Origin: an uncultured Sphaerochaeta sp.
GTDB lineage: Bacteria > Spirochaetota > Spirochaetia > Sphaerochaetales > Sphaerochaetaceae
DNA length: 64,000 nucleotides
Assembly: GCF_963676625.2 (NCBI RefSeq)
Contig: NZ_CAXXYB010000001.1
Coordinates: 85,070 to 149,069, forward strand
Reading direction: 5' to 3'
Below the pieces are notes generated by a model. That model saw only the letters and a program-made list of their open reading frames with translations. It was not told the origin of the DNA and did no database searches. Positions 19,482 through 30,084 of this stretch are shown one piece after another. Numbering within the stretch: the first letter of the stretch is position 1; every line of letters begins with the position of its first letter. The position numbers and the translations under genes were made by a program.

Positions 19482-19919
19482 TTATCGAACTGTTTCATAC
19501 GACCAAGTATTCAAGCCACCAAAATCATAAATATTCGTATAGCCCATGGCTACCAATTTCCGTGCAGACTGATTACTTCGGTTACCACTCCTGCAATAGA
19601 CAAGAATGGTTGCATCCAGATCAGGCAACAGGGTTGGCTTTGTGCTTCCAATGGTCTCGTTGGCAATATTGATTGCATTCTTTATATGACCTTCAGAAAA
19701 TTCTGAAGGAGTCCGGACATCAAGGATAGTTAGGGTTTTTCCGCTATCCATCATTTTCTTTGCTTCTTCAGGTGAGATTTTATGATACATAGCCCCTGAA
19801 CTGGCAATGTTTTGCACACTCGTATCCTTATTTGCCGGTTTTTGGTGATTAACAAAAAAGAAAACCACGATAACAACGACTACCAGCAGTATGATTCCAA
19901 TGACAACTAGTTTATTCAT
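19482..19919 (-). CDS. Membrane-anchored rhodanese-like protein
   Basis: N-terminal TM helix, LDVRTPSEF..GHI, VYCRSGNRS, GGLNTW. Confidence 0.9.
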   Translation of the reverse strand: MNKLVVIGIILLVVVVIVVFFFVNHQKPANKDTSVQNIASSGAMYHKISPEEAKKMMDSGKTLTILDVRTPSEFSEGHIKNAINIANETIGSTKPTLLPDLDATILVYCRSGNRSNQSARKLVAMGYTNIYDFGGLNTWSYETVR

Positions 19920-20051
19920 TTAATATTTGCTCCTAACAACAATATGCGTAATTTCAGGGGTTATCGTCAATCAGAAAAGAAGGCCCGAATGAAATTACAT
20001 CGTTTCCAAATCTTTTTCTATCGAAAAAAATGCTCAGTATCGTACTAAACA

Positions 20052-20090
20052 AAAATCCCTGTACTTTCGTCTGACAAGTACAGGGATTTT
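20052..20090 (-). terminator. Terminator of the lipoprotein operon
   Basis: AAAATCCCTGTACTT...AAGTACAGGGATTTT. Confidence 0.8.
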
Positions 20091-20145
20091 AGATCAACAT
20101 AAGAGTATTTTCAGAAAACTAGAAACAACGGATACCGTCTTTCGT

Positions 20146-20733
20146 TCATTTGTCCAGATCACTGGCCAGTTGCGATTCCAGATACGATACAAGTACATCG
20201 GATTGCATGATTTTCGCCTCAGCTGTCAGGGAATCAGCCTTTGCCTGCTCAGTTGCAAGTTTTCTCTGCAATTGCTCAGTCTGGAGCTTATACGCTTCCT
20301 TAAGGTTTTTCACAGGATAGGAGCACAATACCCAAACAGTTCCATCCTTAGCTGTGTAGCGTTCGACTGTCGAGACTCCCCTAAGAGCAATATCAACTGT
20401 CTGCACACTGAGATTTTGGAGAACCGAAAGTATTTGCTGCGTTTTCAAGACCTCCCCCGATTCCTCGACAAAGGTCACCAGGGAGTTATCGACATTGGTT
20501 GAGGCCCATCTTCCAATTGCATCCTTTGCTGAGGACTCAGCGCGAAGAAGACTCAACTGAGGGGTCGATTGCTTGGCCATCCCTACTTCATAATGAAGCG
20601 TCTTGGTACTTTGGGGTGTCTTGGTTGTCCAATAGGGTGAACCATCCTTATTATTTTTAGGAGTCGAGGCACAACCAAGCAAACCAAGCAGGAGAACCAG
20701 GGAAACAGAAACAAGAAGAATATATCTTTTCAT
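20146..20733 (-). CDS. LPP20-like lipoprotein
   Basis: LLGC lipobox, P.W motif, DGTVWVLCS; paralogue of the neighbouring gene. Confidence 0.7.
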   Translation of the reverse strand: MKRYILLVSVSLVLLLGLLGCASTPKNNKDGSPYWTTKTPQSTKTLHYEVGMAKQSTPQLSLLRAESSAKDAIGRWASTNVDNSLVTFVEESGEVLKTQQILSVLQNLSVQTVDIALRGVSTVERYTAKDGTVWVLCSYPVKNLKEAYKLQTEQLQRKLATEQAKADSLTAEAKIMQSDVLVSYLESQLASDLDK

Positions 20734-20792
20734 GATTTTTCCTTTTATCAAAACAAAATTACAATTGATATCAATTCAATTGATTCAGTATC

Positions 20793-21377
20793 TTATAGCG
20801 TACCCTTCAGGAGGTTTGCAAAAGCATCTTTCATTTTTGCGTTTGCTGCATTTGCGGCATCATTTTCAAAGAAAGTCTCGGAGATCGCTTGTGAGGCAGG
20901 CTCGAAACTCTTCTCGATATTGGCAAGGGGAATCGAACAAAGAACCCATACACCACCATCGGCATCCACCCACATCTCTTCTGTGGTAACTCCGGAAAGA
21001 GTAGCCTCTGCAACTTGTGTACTGATTGTTTCCATTACATCCAAGGACTGTCGACTGTCATCATTTCCTGTATCATTGACATAGGTCATTATAACTTCCT
21101 TGACTGAAGTACGCACCCATTCCGCAATCTTGTTCTTGGCTTCGACAGTTGCACGCTTGATCGAAATCTGCTTGTCACTCATCTTCCCGTACCCAGTCTC
21201 GAAGTGCATATCTTGTTTGGTTACCGTCTTATAGACCCAATCGGGCTGTACAATGCCTTCCAATCCGATAACCTGGGGAACTATAGATGACTTTGAACTA
21301 GTTTTTTTTGAAGTCATGCATCCACTGAGAGCAAGAACTGCAAGGACAGAAGCCAATAAAACAAACGCTTTTTTCAT
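20793..21377 (-). CDS. LPP20-like lipoprotein
   Basis: LSGC lipobox, QPDWV, KRATVEAKNKIA, DGGVWVLCS. Confidence 0.75.
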   Translation of the reverse strand: MKKAFVLLASVLAVLALSGCMTSKKTSSKSSIVPQVIGLEGIVQPDWVYKTVTKQDMHFETGYGKMSDKQISIKRATVEAKNKIAEWVRTSVKEVIMTYVNDTGNDDSRQSLDVMETISTQVAEATLSGVTTEEMWVDADGGVWVLCSIPLANIEKSFEPASQAISETFFENDAANAANAKMKDAFANLLKGTL

Positions 21378-21429
21378 TTCGAAAACCTCCAACGATTCAA
21401 TTACGTATCAATCGAGAATCCTGTAGTAC

Positions 21430-22497
21430 TTATTCCATGGCCCCAAATTTCTGTTCCATGAGGGACAGTAAACTCTTCGAAGCTTTCAAGGAAGCTTGCT
21501 TCAAGGCTTTTGCCATCGCATCTTGAGTAGATAACGCTGCCTCCCTGTCGGTCTTTTGATAGGACAAGAGAAGGTGGTCAGCACTGCTCAATTCGGCAGA
21601 AAGTTCGTAACGGGCATATTGATAGGGACTTCCTTCCATCGAAATCGGCATGACCTGATAATGAACATCCAAATCAGCTGTGGGATGCGAACCATCCTGG
21701 ACAACCTTGAATCCTAAGGCAAGAAGTTCCTGGCCAAAGGCTGCAGAGAGAGTCTTTCTTGCCAATATTTTCTGATCCTCATCCGTGATATCGATCTGGG
21801 TGTGAATGACAATGGTAATATCTGAAGCAAGGGCGTTCAATTGTCGTTCAAGTTCCGGCAAAATGGAGGATTGTTGTTTTTTGGTCAGGACTTCCATTTG
21901 GTCGATCAATCCTTGTTGCCGTTGCGCAAGTCCATAAGCTTTCCTGAGAATAAAATAGGAGGCCAACTTACTATTTGCTGTCTTGGACTGGACTTTCAAC
22001 CGTGCAATGGAGGTTGCAAGCTCAGCTATGTCATCCTTATACAGGACCACAGTCCTATTGCGATGCAAGGCAACCCGCACATATACGCGAGATTGTTCAT
22101 CCATGTAGGTATTTACCACCTCTGCCCCAATAATTATATCGGTTGAGGAGGAAATAGTTCCTTGGTCGAGCATTGTCGAGGAATCCGTAAATACAACGCT
22201 GCCTGAAGTGTCTTTCTCTGAAGTGGAGAGAGAAGAAACCGTAGTAATCGATTTGACTTTGGAATTGAATACCTGTGAAAGTGAGGAAAATGCTGCATCA
22301 ACGGCCATTTCCCTGGAAGATCCGGAACCTATTGCGCAAAGATAGGTCTTTTCGTTATAGGAACGATCATATAAATGATCTATCCAGGAAGGAGCTCGAG
22401 AGGCATTTCCAAGGGATGTACATCCAGAAAGTGCCAAGGTTCCCATAATGACTACGCAAAAAAGAAACCGTTTCATTATTATCGTAGGATTTTTCAT
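21430..22497 (-). CDS. LPP20-family lipoprotein
   Basis: LSGC lipobox, APSWI, YLCAIGSG...A...LSQVF. Confidence 0.7.
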   Translation of the reverse strand: MKNPTIIMKRFLFCVVIMGTLALSGCTSLGNASRAPSWIDHLYDRSYNEKTYLCAIGSGSSREMAVDAAFSSLSQVFNSKVKSITTVSSLSTSEKDTSGSVVFTDSSTMLDQGTISSSTDIIIGAEVVNTYMDEQSRVYVRVALHRNRTVVLYKDDIAELATSIARLKVQSKTANSKLASYFILRKAYGLAQRQQGLIDQMEVLTKKQQSSILPELERQLNALASDITIVIHTQIDITDEDQKILARKTLSAAFGQELLALGFKVVQDGSHPTADLDVHYQVMPISMEGSPYQYARYELSAELSSADHLLLSYQKTDREAALSTQDAMAKALKQASLKASKSLLSLMEQKFGAME

Positions 22498-22514
22498 GAA
22501 TTTTCTCCGTATCC

Positions 22515-23129
22515 CTAGTACTTATATTTACTTTGTTGTATCAGTTTCTTGATGGTCTCTTCCCCAACCCAGACCTTTTTATTTGTCTCGATATCAATGA
22601 GTTCGGCAGAGACATAGTAGGTTCTGACTGCTTTTCCTGCAATTTGGTCAAGATTTGTTCGTACTGAACCTTGCAGAAGATAATCCGCCCCGATTTCCTT
22701 TCCGAGGGCCTTTGCAGTTTCTTCACTTGCAAAATACTGCTGTTCCTCTCGTTCATCCCTGACAGAAGCACGGAATTCCACATCGGCAACCATATCAATT
22801 TTTCCTGTATTGATGAGTTCCATCTCCATCCTCTTGGCAATGATCGAGGTATCGATATGTTCACTGCTGCGATTCAAGAAAGTTCCGACGATTACCACGG
22901 GATTCTTTCCGTTATGCAGCCGGAATTGATTGATCCAAGCAGAACGAATGCTATCGGAGACAAGGGATTCAGCTACGATACGAATATCGGTGTCATTCCA
23001 TCCTCCGCTAAGATCAATATTTGCATCGGGGGACAAACGATCCACGGAGACAGTCGATTGACAAGAAACCAGGACAGTTGCAAGCACAAGTGCAAGCAGA
23101 CTATATTTCACTACATTCTTTTTCATCAT
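22515..23129 (-). CDS. LpoB-like / CsgG-fold lipoprotein
   Basis: LVSC lipobox, DLSGGWNDTD, NRSSEHIDT, GADYLLQG, LIDIETNKKVW. Confidence 0.8.
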   Translation of the reverse strand: MMKKNVVKYSLLALVLATVLVSCQSTVSVDRLSPDANIDLSGGWNDTDIRIVAESLVSDSIRSAWINQFRLHNGKNPVVIVGTFLNRSSEHIDTSIIAKRMEMELINTGKIDMVADVEFRASVRDEREEQQYFASEETAKALGKEIGADYLLQGSVRTNLDQIAGKAVRTYYVSAELIDIETNKKVWVGEETIKKLIQQSKYKY

Positions 23130-23454
23130 TTCCTCTACCCTTTATGGCAACTATATGTTTTTATATAGCACTACAGTCCAAAAGGTAACAGAAAATCATC
23201 AAAAACAACAGATAAAGAACAATAATTATTCACCCTACCTATAGAAATCTTATCTTAAGGACAAGAAAAAATGCAGATTAAAATAGCGCAAAACAATTTT
23301 CACCTATAACTAAAAGACAATATTTATTATTATATAGTATAATTTTCCTCAATTTTGAGGCATCTATTATTGGTTTATGATTGCAAATCAACCCCAATGA
23401 TGGTACATTTTTTTTAACTCTGGCAATTCATGAAGACTGAGGAAATTATCCACT

Positions 23455-24780
23455 ATGAAAAAAATCCCCCATGTATGTTTATTTTTCCTCATCTTGTCAT
23501 TGGTCAGTTGTTCCTCGGTCGTAGACTTATCCAGCACTCGACAACTGTATCAGCAAGGAAACTATAGCGCCGCTTTCCATAATTTTATGGAAAACAAAGA
23601 TATCATGGAAAACCAACAGGGTTCACTTATACTGAATCTCGACGGAGGCTTGCTTGCCCACGTGGATGGACAATGGGATATCTCCAATTCGATGTTGACA
23701 AAGTCAGAGCTGGAAATACAAGACAAGTATACCCAAAGCGTTACCGCTAACATAGGTTCCTTTCTGATCAACGACAATACCAAGGATTACCAGGGCGAAG
23801 ATTTTGAGGATATTTATATCAATGTCTTCAAGGCCTTGAATTATATTCAAGAAGATAAAGATGAAGATGCCTTGGTGGAATTGAGACGTTCCATTGAAAA
23901 ACAATCCTTGCTCAAGTCCAGATATGAAGTGCAAGGAGCCCAACTTTCAGCATACGCCCGAAAAAATGATGTGGTTTCTGCTGAAAGTACTACGTATTCG
24001 ACAAGTTTTTCATCTTCTGCCCTGGCCAACTATCTTACCATGGTTCTTGCCAGGGGAAACCAGGACTCAAGTATGTTTACCTATTCCTTGAATCAGGTGG
24101 AAAACGCTTTCAGGGCTCAGCCAGATTTATATCCTTTTGCGCTCCCAACTTCCCTGAAGCAAGAGGGCAAGCCCCTTGCACAGGGAATGGCAAGATTGAA
24201 CCTTGTAGCCTTCAATGGACTTGCGCCCGAAAAGAAAGAAGCTGTTGAATCAATATACGTATCCCCTTTCAACTATGCCAAGATAGCCTACCCTGTAATG
24301 GTGGCAAAACGTTCCAGGATTCATGCAATACAAATTACCCTCAATGACAAGACTTCGTTTCAATTGGAAAAAATTGAAAGTATCAATGATATTGCCATAG
24401 AGACTTTCAAAGCCAGGGCAGCCCTGATCAGGTCGAAGGCAATAACCCGATCCATGGTCAAGTCCATAGGAATCGCCGCCTACGACAGTGCTACCGAAGA
24501 GGCGGCGAGAAAATCAAATACCCAGAAGAGTTTGGCCAGTGAATTACTTGGACTGGTGTTCAAGATTGCACGGGATTTATCAGAGACCGCGGATGTCCGT
24601 TCCTCTCATTTCCTTCCATCCACTGCCTGGATAGGAGGAATTTCCGTTGAACCGGGAACATACGATATCCATGTCGATTTTCTCGATAATACAGGGAGAA
24701 CCGTATATTCCCAACTCATTGCCAATTTTGAGGTATCCGATTCCAGGACCAATCTGGTCGAGGCTGTCTGCCCTCTCTAG
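23455..24780 (+). CDS. COG3014-like lipoprotein
   Basis: LVSC lipobox, DYQGEDFEDIYIN.FKALNY...ALVELR, ADVRS. Confidence 0.72.
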   Translation: MKKIPHVCLFFLILSLVSCSSVVDLSSTRQLYQQGNYSAAFHNFMENKDIMENQQGSLILNLDGGLLAHVDGQWDISNSMLTKSELEIQDKYTQSVTANIGSFLINDNTKDYQGEDFEDIYINVFKALNYIQEDKDEDALVELRRSIEKQSLLKSRYEVQGAQLSAYARKNDVVSAESTTYSTSFSSSALANYLTMVLARGNQDSSMFTYSLNQVENAFRAQPDLYPFALPTSLKQEGKPLAQGMARLNLVAFNGLAPEKKEAVESIYVSPFNYAKIAYPVMVAKRSRIHAIQITLNDKTSFQLEKIESINDIAIETFKARAALIRSKAITRSMVKSIGIAAYDSATEEAARKSNTQKSLASELLGLVFKIARDLSETADVRSSHFLPSTAWIGGISVEPGTYDIHVDFLDNTGRTVYSQLIANFEVSDSRTNLVEAVCPL

Positions 24781-24786
24781 AATCCT

Positions 24787-24969
24787 TCAATCATCCTCAG
24801 CAGAATCAAGAGGCTCAAGAGGCTCAAGAGTATCTTCCAGTTCTTCTGGATATTTCGGACGTTTTTCTTCGGGCTTATGAGAATGTGGCATAGAATCATG
24901 TTTCTTCCAATCATTGTTTTCTTCATAATCATACGATCTTCTGATAGTTTCACGAATGTCTTTTTTCAT
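24787..24969 (-). CDS. Small acidic hypothetical protein (60 aa)
   Basis: AGGAG RBS precedes MKKDIRE; contains an LEPLEPL tandem repeat. Confidence 0.55.
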   Translation of the reverse strand: MKKDIRETIRRSYDYEENNDWKKHDSMPHSHKPEEKRPKYPEELEDTLEPLEPLDSAEDD

Positions 24970-25386
24970 AGCTCGCTCCTTCCTGCCGAGTACCATGCAG
25001 GTATTGTAGATAGGGATGAGGGTGAAAAGCTGTTTTTGCAATCCAAAAGGCATGAACAGCCTTCCGGTCCTTCAGATAGGAACAATTTTACAAGAATGAC
25101 AAGATCTTTTTTCGTATTTGTCATGGCATTGTCCTTACACATACATTCATACCAAGAAGCCAAATCGTCAAGTGGTTTGCAAGAAAATCTTTTGTAATCC
25201 AAAGCAGGAATCTTAGGAAACGAACAAAAACCAGATACTGACCCTTCATTATAAATAATTATAATTCTACCGTTCATGAAACATGGCCTTCAACGCCAGG
25301 GAGGCATCAAAGGCCATAGTATCACAGATTGCAGGATTCTTATTGTCATTATCAATGAGAATATTGATAGCAAAGAATCCAGCTAC

Positions 25387-26664
25387 TTATTTCAGATATC
25401 CAAGATATTTTTTCTGATGAAGAATAATCGTATCAAGCAGCTTTTCTGTCTGCAGGATACTGTTATTTGTCGGATCAATAAGCAGAGCCTGCAAAGCCAA
25501 TTCACGGGAACCCTGAATAGCAGCTTCGGCACAGGTGCGAAGCACTCCTACCCTGTTCATCAATAGATTGCTGAACCCTAAAGGCATGATTTGATCAATA
25601 TTTATACCGCGCACACCTTCTTTATCTACAAATCCGGGAACCTCCACTATCATATCTTCAGGAAGAGATGAAATATACCCATTATTGATAATATTGACGG
25701 CAAGCTCTTCATGACCGGTATTATTCAGGATCCCCTCTATGATAGGAACTACCCTCCAGTATTCTTCAGGCATCGTACCACTTTGCAGTCTGTCATACAT
25801 ATCAACCTGATGCCCCAGACATTCCTTCTTATAATTTGTATAGAAATTCATTATTCCTGCATGATCGGCTACTTCCTGCGACCAATGAATATATTCGCTA
25901 AAATGACTATCTGTTGTGATGGGTATTCGTTTGAAATATTTCATTATTTCCAGGAACAGACCTCTTTCCTCAGTACCGGCAAAATAAGCTGGAGCCTTAT
26001 GCATGATTTCATTGAAGACATCTTCTCCTGTCTTATTATTCTTTGCAGAAAGCAACACACTGAAATGATTGAATCCACCACAACGTATATCCAGGTCTTC
26101 AAAGGGAACTTGCAATATTTTTGGAAGATGGGTCAACATGGATGACACTTCATGGCACAATCCGATCACATGCAACTTAGGATATTTTTTCGATATAGCA
26201 GTCATTATATTCGTCATAGGATTGCTGAGATTCATTACCAGACAATCAGGACAGAGCGCTTCAATATCTCCACAAATAGCAAGAATTGGGGGAATGATCC
26301 GCAACGAATGGAAAATTCCGCCAGGCCCGCCATTCTCACCATAGGTTTGCTTGATTCCAAAATGCAACGGGAAGTTCCAGTCCATTTCCCACAGTTCATA
26401 TCGATTACCGATTTCAATGGAAATCAGTACAAAGTCAGCCCCTGGAAGTGCTTTTGTCCTGTCTGTCGTAGCAGTGATCCTATAATCCAGACCATTGTCT
26501 TTAATATATTTTCGGGTAACGGTCTCAACATTTTCCAAGGCTTCCTTATTTATATCCACAAGAGCAATCTCGCTACCAATCAGCGTTTTGCTCTTGAAGA
26601 TATCGCCTAACGCACCAAGACCAAACATGGCACTTCCTGCACCAATCAATACTATTTTTGCCAT
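25387..26664 (-). CDS. Family 4 glycoside hydrolase (alpha-glucosidase/galactosidase)
   Basis: IGAGSAMF, GENGGPGG, NLSNPM, GLCH, GFNHF. Confidence 0.92.
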   Translation of the reverse strand: MAKIVLIGAGSAMFGLGALGDIFKSKTLIGSEIALVDINKEALENVETVTRKYIKDNGLDYRITATTDRTKALPGADFVLISIEIGNRYELWEMDWNFPLHFGIKQTYGENGGPGGIFHSLRIIPPILAICGDIEALCPDCLVMNLSNPMTNIMTAISKKYPKLHVIGLCHEVSSMLTHLPKILQVPFEDLDIRCGGFNHFSVLLSAKNNKTGEDVFNEIMHKAPAYFAGTEERGLFLEIMKYFKRIPITTDSHFSEYIHWSQEVADHAGIMNFYTNYKKECLGHQVDMYDRLQSGTMPEEYWRVVPIIEGILNNTGHEELAVNIINNGYISSLPEDMIVEVPGFVDKEGVRGINIDQIMPLGFSNLLMNRVGVLRTCAEAAIQGSRELALQALLIDPTNNSILQTEKLLDTIILHQKKYLGYLK

Positions 26665-26673
26665 ACGTTCCTC

Positions 26674-28053
26674 CTATTTAAAATAAGGAATAAGATCACC
26701 ATGCGCCTCAAATAAGGCATCAACCATCTTATTCATATTGGCCAGACTTACCATTGAACAGGCAAGGGGATCCATCATGACAGCCTGATAGATATGACTT
26801 TTATCCTTTTCCAATACCGCAGATACAGTCAGCATCTGAACATTGATGTTTGTCCGATTATAGGCTGCAAGCTGTTCCGGAAGTTTCCCTATATAAGTTG
26901 GTTGAATTCCGTTTCTATCGATGAGACAAGGAACTTCCACACAGCAATCCTGTGGCAAATTGGTAATCAACCCATGATTGAGTACATTTCCATTAATTGT
27001 CTGTTTACTACCCGTAACCATGGAATGGATAATGAATCCTGCATATTCCTGACTTGTATCGACATGCAACTCTTTACCTGCAGCAATGGTAGCCTTAATG
27101 TTTTCGAATTCTTTCAAATTAATCTGGCAACGTCTTATATATTCATTGATCGGGATTCTGAATTCTTCCACCAATTTTGGATCATGGAGATAATAAGGAC
27201 AGTATTCAGCATTATGCTCACTTGACTCGGTCACATAATAGCCAAGCCTGCCAAGCATATCAAAACGGACTTTATCAGTGGCAAAAGTTTCTGCTGCACT
27301 ATCCTTGAAATTTTCCCTGAACCAGGAATCCTTTCCCTTGTAAGCATACAAGTGTTCAGGTACAAAATTGGAATTCTCATCAATCTTTCGCTTCAATTCA
27401 AGCAATTGCGGATAAAGGTTTTCTCCCTTATATTTCAATTCAAGGAACCAGGCTTGATGATTTATTCCCGCAACTTTATATTGGAGCTCTTCATAGGGAA
27501 TATTCAGATATAGTGCCAATTGCTTAGAGGTTGTTTGCACACTATGGCAGAGGCCGACATAATGAATATCTGGGTATTTTTTTTGTACATAAAGGGATAG
27601 CATTGCCATTGGATTGGTGTAGTTGAGAAGGGTTGCCTCAGGATTATATTGCCTAATTGCCAAACAAATCTCATCCAGTACTGGCATAGTCCTCAACGCC
27701 CTAAACATACCACCAACACTCATAGTATCAGCTATCGTCTGCTTAAGACCATATTCTGCAGGAATCTCAAAATCAATAAGGGTAGAGGGAAATCCTCCCA
27801 CTTGGACCATATTGATAACAAAATCTGCACTAATTACGGCATCTTTGATGGTTTTCACAATTTCAATTTTTGCTCTTGAATTGCGCTGGGACACAAGCAT
27901 CTTGGCAACTTTTTCTATCATACCCAATCGTTCGGAATCGATGTCTTCCAGACAAAATGTACAATCCGTGAATTCTGGAAAACTCAAGATATCTACCATG
28001 AGCTGTTTGGAAAACACTACGCTGCCAGCCCCAATCAATGAAATCTTTATCAT
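26674..28053 (-). CDS. Family 4 alpha-galactosidase (MelA-like)
   Basis: IGAGSVVF, QTIADT, NYTNPM, GLCHSVQ, AGINHQAW, TESSEHNAEY. Confidence 0.93.
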   Translation of the reverse strand: MIKISLIGAGSVVFSKQLMVDILSFPEFTDCTFCLEDIDSERLGMIEKVAKMLVSQRNSRAKIEIVKTIKDAVISADFVINMVQVGGFPSTLIDFEIPAEYGLKQTIADTMSVGGMFRALRTMPVLDEICLAIRQYNPEATLLNYTNPMAMLSLYVQKKYPDIHYVGLCHSVQTTSKQLALYLNIPYEELQYKVAGINHQAWFLELKYKGENLYPQLLELKRKIDENSNFVPEHLYAYKGKDSWFRENFKDSAAETFATDKVRFDMLGRLGYYVTESSEHNAEYCPYYLHDPKLVEEFRIPINEYIRRCQINLKEFENIKATIAAGKELHVDTSQEYAGFIIHSMVTGSKQTINGNVLNHGLITNLPQDCCVEVPCLIDRNGIQPTYIGKLPEQLAAYNRTNINVQMLTVSAVLEKDKSHIYQAVMMDPLACSMVSLANMNKMVDALFEAHGDLIPYFK

Positions 28054-28066
28054 ACGTGATTATCTC

Positions 28067-29050
28067 CTAATTATTTTTTTTAAAGGCATACGAGAAAGAG
28101 ACCCTACCCGTTTTTGTTTCTCCTGGAAGAACACTCAACAAATGCGCTTCTTGCTTGAAATTCTTTGCATCAAGATTTACGGCATCAGTCGAACAAGTTT
28201 GTTTTTCCACACAAAAGAATGGTTTTTGTTTTGGTGTAAATATTTGCATATGAGTAAAATCTTCTGTTGCGTCCATATATATCCTTAACCCCAAGGCTGG
28301 ATAATCTACAAACACCCGTTGCCCTTCGATCATGCCGGTAAAGCAATTGTCAAGATTCAATTTGCCTGAAGGAACAGGTTCCCTCAGATCAAAAGGCTGT
28401 CCTTCCACCTCCAATAATTTTCCTGTTGGCAATAAATCATCAGTCAATTCCATCATATATTTTGCAGGAACTCGTATGAATGAACCGGCATCCCCACACA
28501 ACTTATTGAAAAACGTATGATAGGAAATTCCATAAGGTAACCTTTCAGTTCCCTTATTTTCAATTCCATACACAATGCTGAAACCCAATTTAGTAAGCTC
28601 AAAAGTAATCGTTAGGGTATGGACAAAGGGAAAGCCTTCAAATACCGGATGCTTTTCATCAATATTCAACCAAGTTTTCAGTGTTACGGAATCGGAGGAA
28701 ATAACGGGCTCCCCATGCTTCCAACTCTCATCATAGACAAGAGAATGCATGAATACCGGAATGCCATTCTTTTGTTGCCAATGTTGTTTGCCGTCATACT
28801 CATAAAAGCAATTTCTGAGTCTATTTGGAAAAGGATACAGAATCGGATTACCTGTATAATAGGAAAGCAATGAAAAATAGGTATCATAATGGATTACTTC
28901 ATAGTCATCGACCCTGAAACAATAGATATTGTTACCAAGTTCAGGAGAAACCTTGAGCAAAAGAGTATGCTCACCTTCCTGTTCTTTTTGGTAGCCCAAC
29001 AGATAGGACTCCTTATTTTCAAGGGTCTCCTTATCAAAATAGAATGCCAT
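28067..29050 (-). CDS. Aldose 1-epimerase-family protein
   Basis: ILYPFPNR, MHSLV, YHTFF, LDNCF, FCVE. Confidence 0.85.
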   Translation of the reverse strand: MAFYFDKETLENKESYLLGYQKEQEGEHTLLLKVSPELGNNIYCFRVDDYEVIHYDTYFSLLSYYTGNPILYPFPNRLRNCFYEYDGKQHWQQKNGIPVFMHSLVYDESWKHGEPVISSDSVTLKTWLNIDEKHPVFEGFPFVHTLTITFELTKLGFSIVYGIENKGTERLPYGISYHTFFNKLCGDAGSFIRVPAKYMMELTDDLLPTGKLLEVEGQPFDLREPVPSGKLNLDNCFTGMIEGQRVFVDYPALGLRIYMDATEDFTHMQIFTPKQKPFFCVEKQTCSTDAVNLDAKNFKQEAHLLSVLPGETKTGRVSFSYAFKKNN

Positions 29051-29052
29051 GA

Positions 29053-30072
29053 CTATCTCCTCTTAACATATTTCTGGGCATCAATTGCCACAGCAAGGAT
29101 TACAATTGAACCTTTGATTATATACAGCATGTAAGGACTGACACTTATATAAACCAAACCATAGTTGATGACCTGAAAGATAATGACACCGATGACAATA
29201 CCGAAAATCGAACCGACACCACCTAATAGGGAGACCCCGCCGACAACACAAGCAGCGATGGCATCCAATTCATAACCATTGCCCAAATTGTTAGTCGCAC
29301 TACCTGTTCTTCCAACCTCAAGCGCACCGGCAAAACCATAGAGCAAACCAGCAATTAAATAAATCAAAAGTATTGTCTTGTGGATATTGACACCGGAGAC
29401 TTCAGCTGCTTCCATGTTATTTCCAATGGCAAATAGATTACGTCCCAGTTTTGTCTTATTCCATATGAACCACATAATGACTGCCACAATTACTGCATAG
29501 ATAATCAAATAAGGAATATGAAAAATCTCGCCCTGTGCAAATTGAGTGAAAGAATCTTTCAAGCTGCCAACAGGAGATGCATGACAGATTTTTTCATAGT
29601 AGGTGGAGGTCACGCCGTACAGAATCATCTGCATACCCAAGGTAGCTATGAATGCCGTTACGGATAGTTTTGTAACAATGAGACCATCAATAAATGATAT
29701 TATTCCGCAAATTCCAGTAACCAACAGGACAGGCACAATTACGGGAACATGAAGATTTGCAAAAATTATATTTGGATTCTCGGCAGCTTGGAGCATTGAG
29801 GCAGAAATGACTGCTGCCAACCCAACAAAACGGCCAATAGCCAAATCACATCCAGCCAAGACAATAATTCCACTGACACCTAATGCAAGAATCATTCTTG
29901 TCGAAGCTTGGGTAAAAATGAACTTGAAGTTTTTCAACGATAGAAAAGTGGGATCTACCATTGTAATTATTACAATCAAGACAAAAAGAACTATATATAT
30001 TGCATTATTCATGAGAGTTGTCTGGATTGCTTTTTTTGACCAACTCTTTTTCATCGTTTTGTTTTCAGTCAT
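29053..30072 (-). CDS. mglC: Galactose/galactoside ABC transporter permease
   Basis: FIATLG, GRNLFAIGNN.EAAEVSGVN, YELDAIAACVVGGVS. Confidence 0.88.
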   Translation of the reverse strand: MTENKTMKKSWSKKAIQTTLMNNAIYIVLFVLIVIITMVDPTFLSLKNFKFIFTQASTRMILALGVSGIIVLAGCDLAIGRFVGLAAVISASMLQAAENPNIIFANLHVPVIVPVLLVTGICGIISFIDGLIVTKLSVTAFIATLGMQMILYGVTSTYYEKICHASPVGSLKDSFTQFAQGEIFHIPYLIIYAVIVAVIMWFIWNKTKLGRNLFAIGNNMEAAEVSGVNIHKTILLIYLIAGLLYGFAGALEVGRTGSATNNLGNGYELDAIAACVVGGVSLLGGVGSIFGIVIGVIIFQVINYGLVYISVSPYMLYIIKGSIVILAVAIDAQKYVKRR

Positions 30073-30084
30073 ACAATTTCCTCT

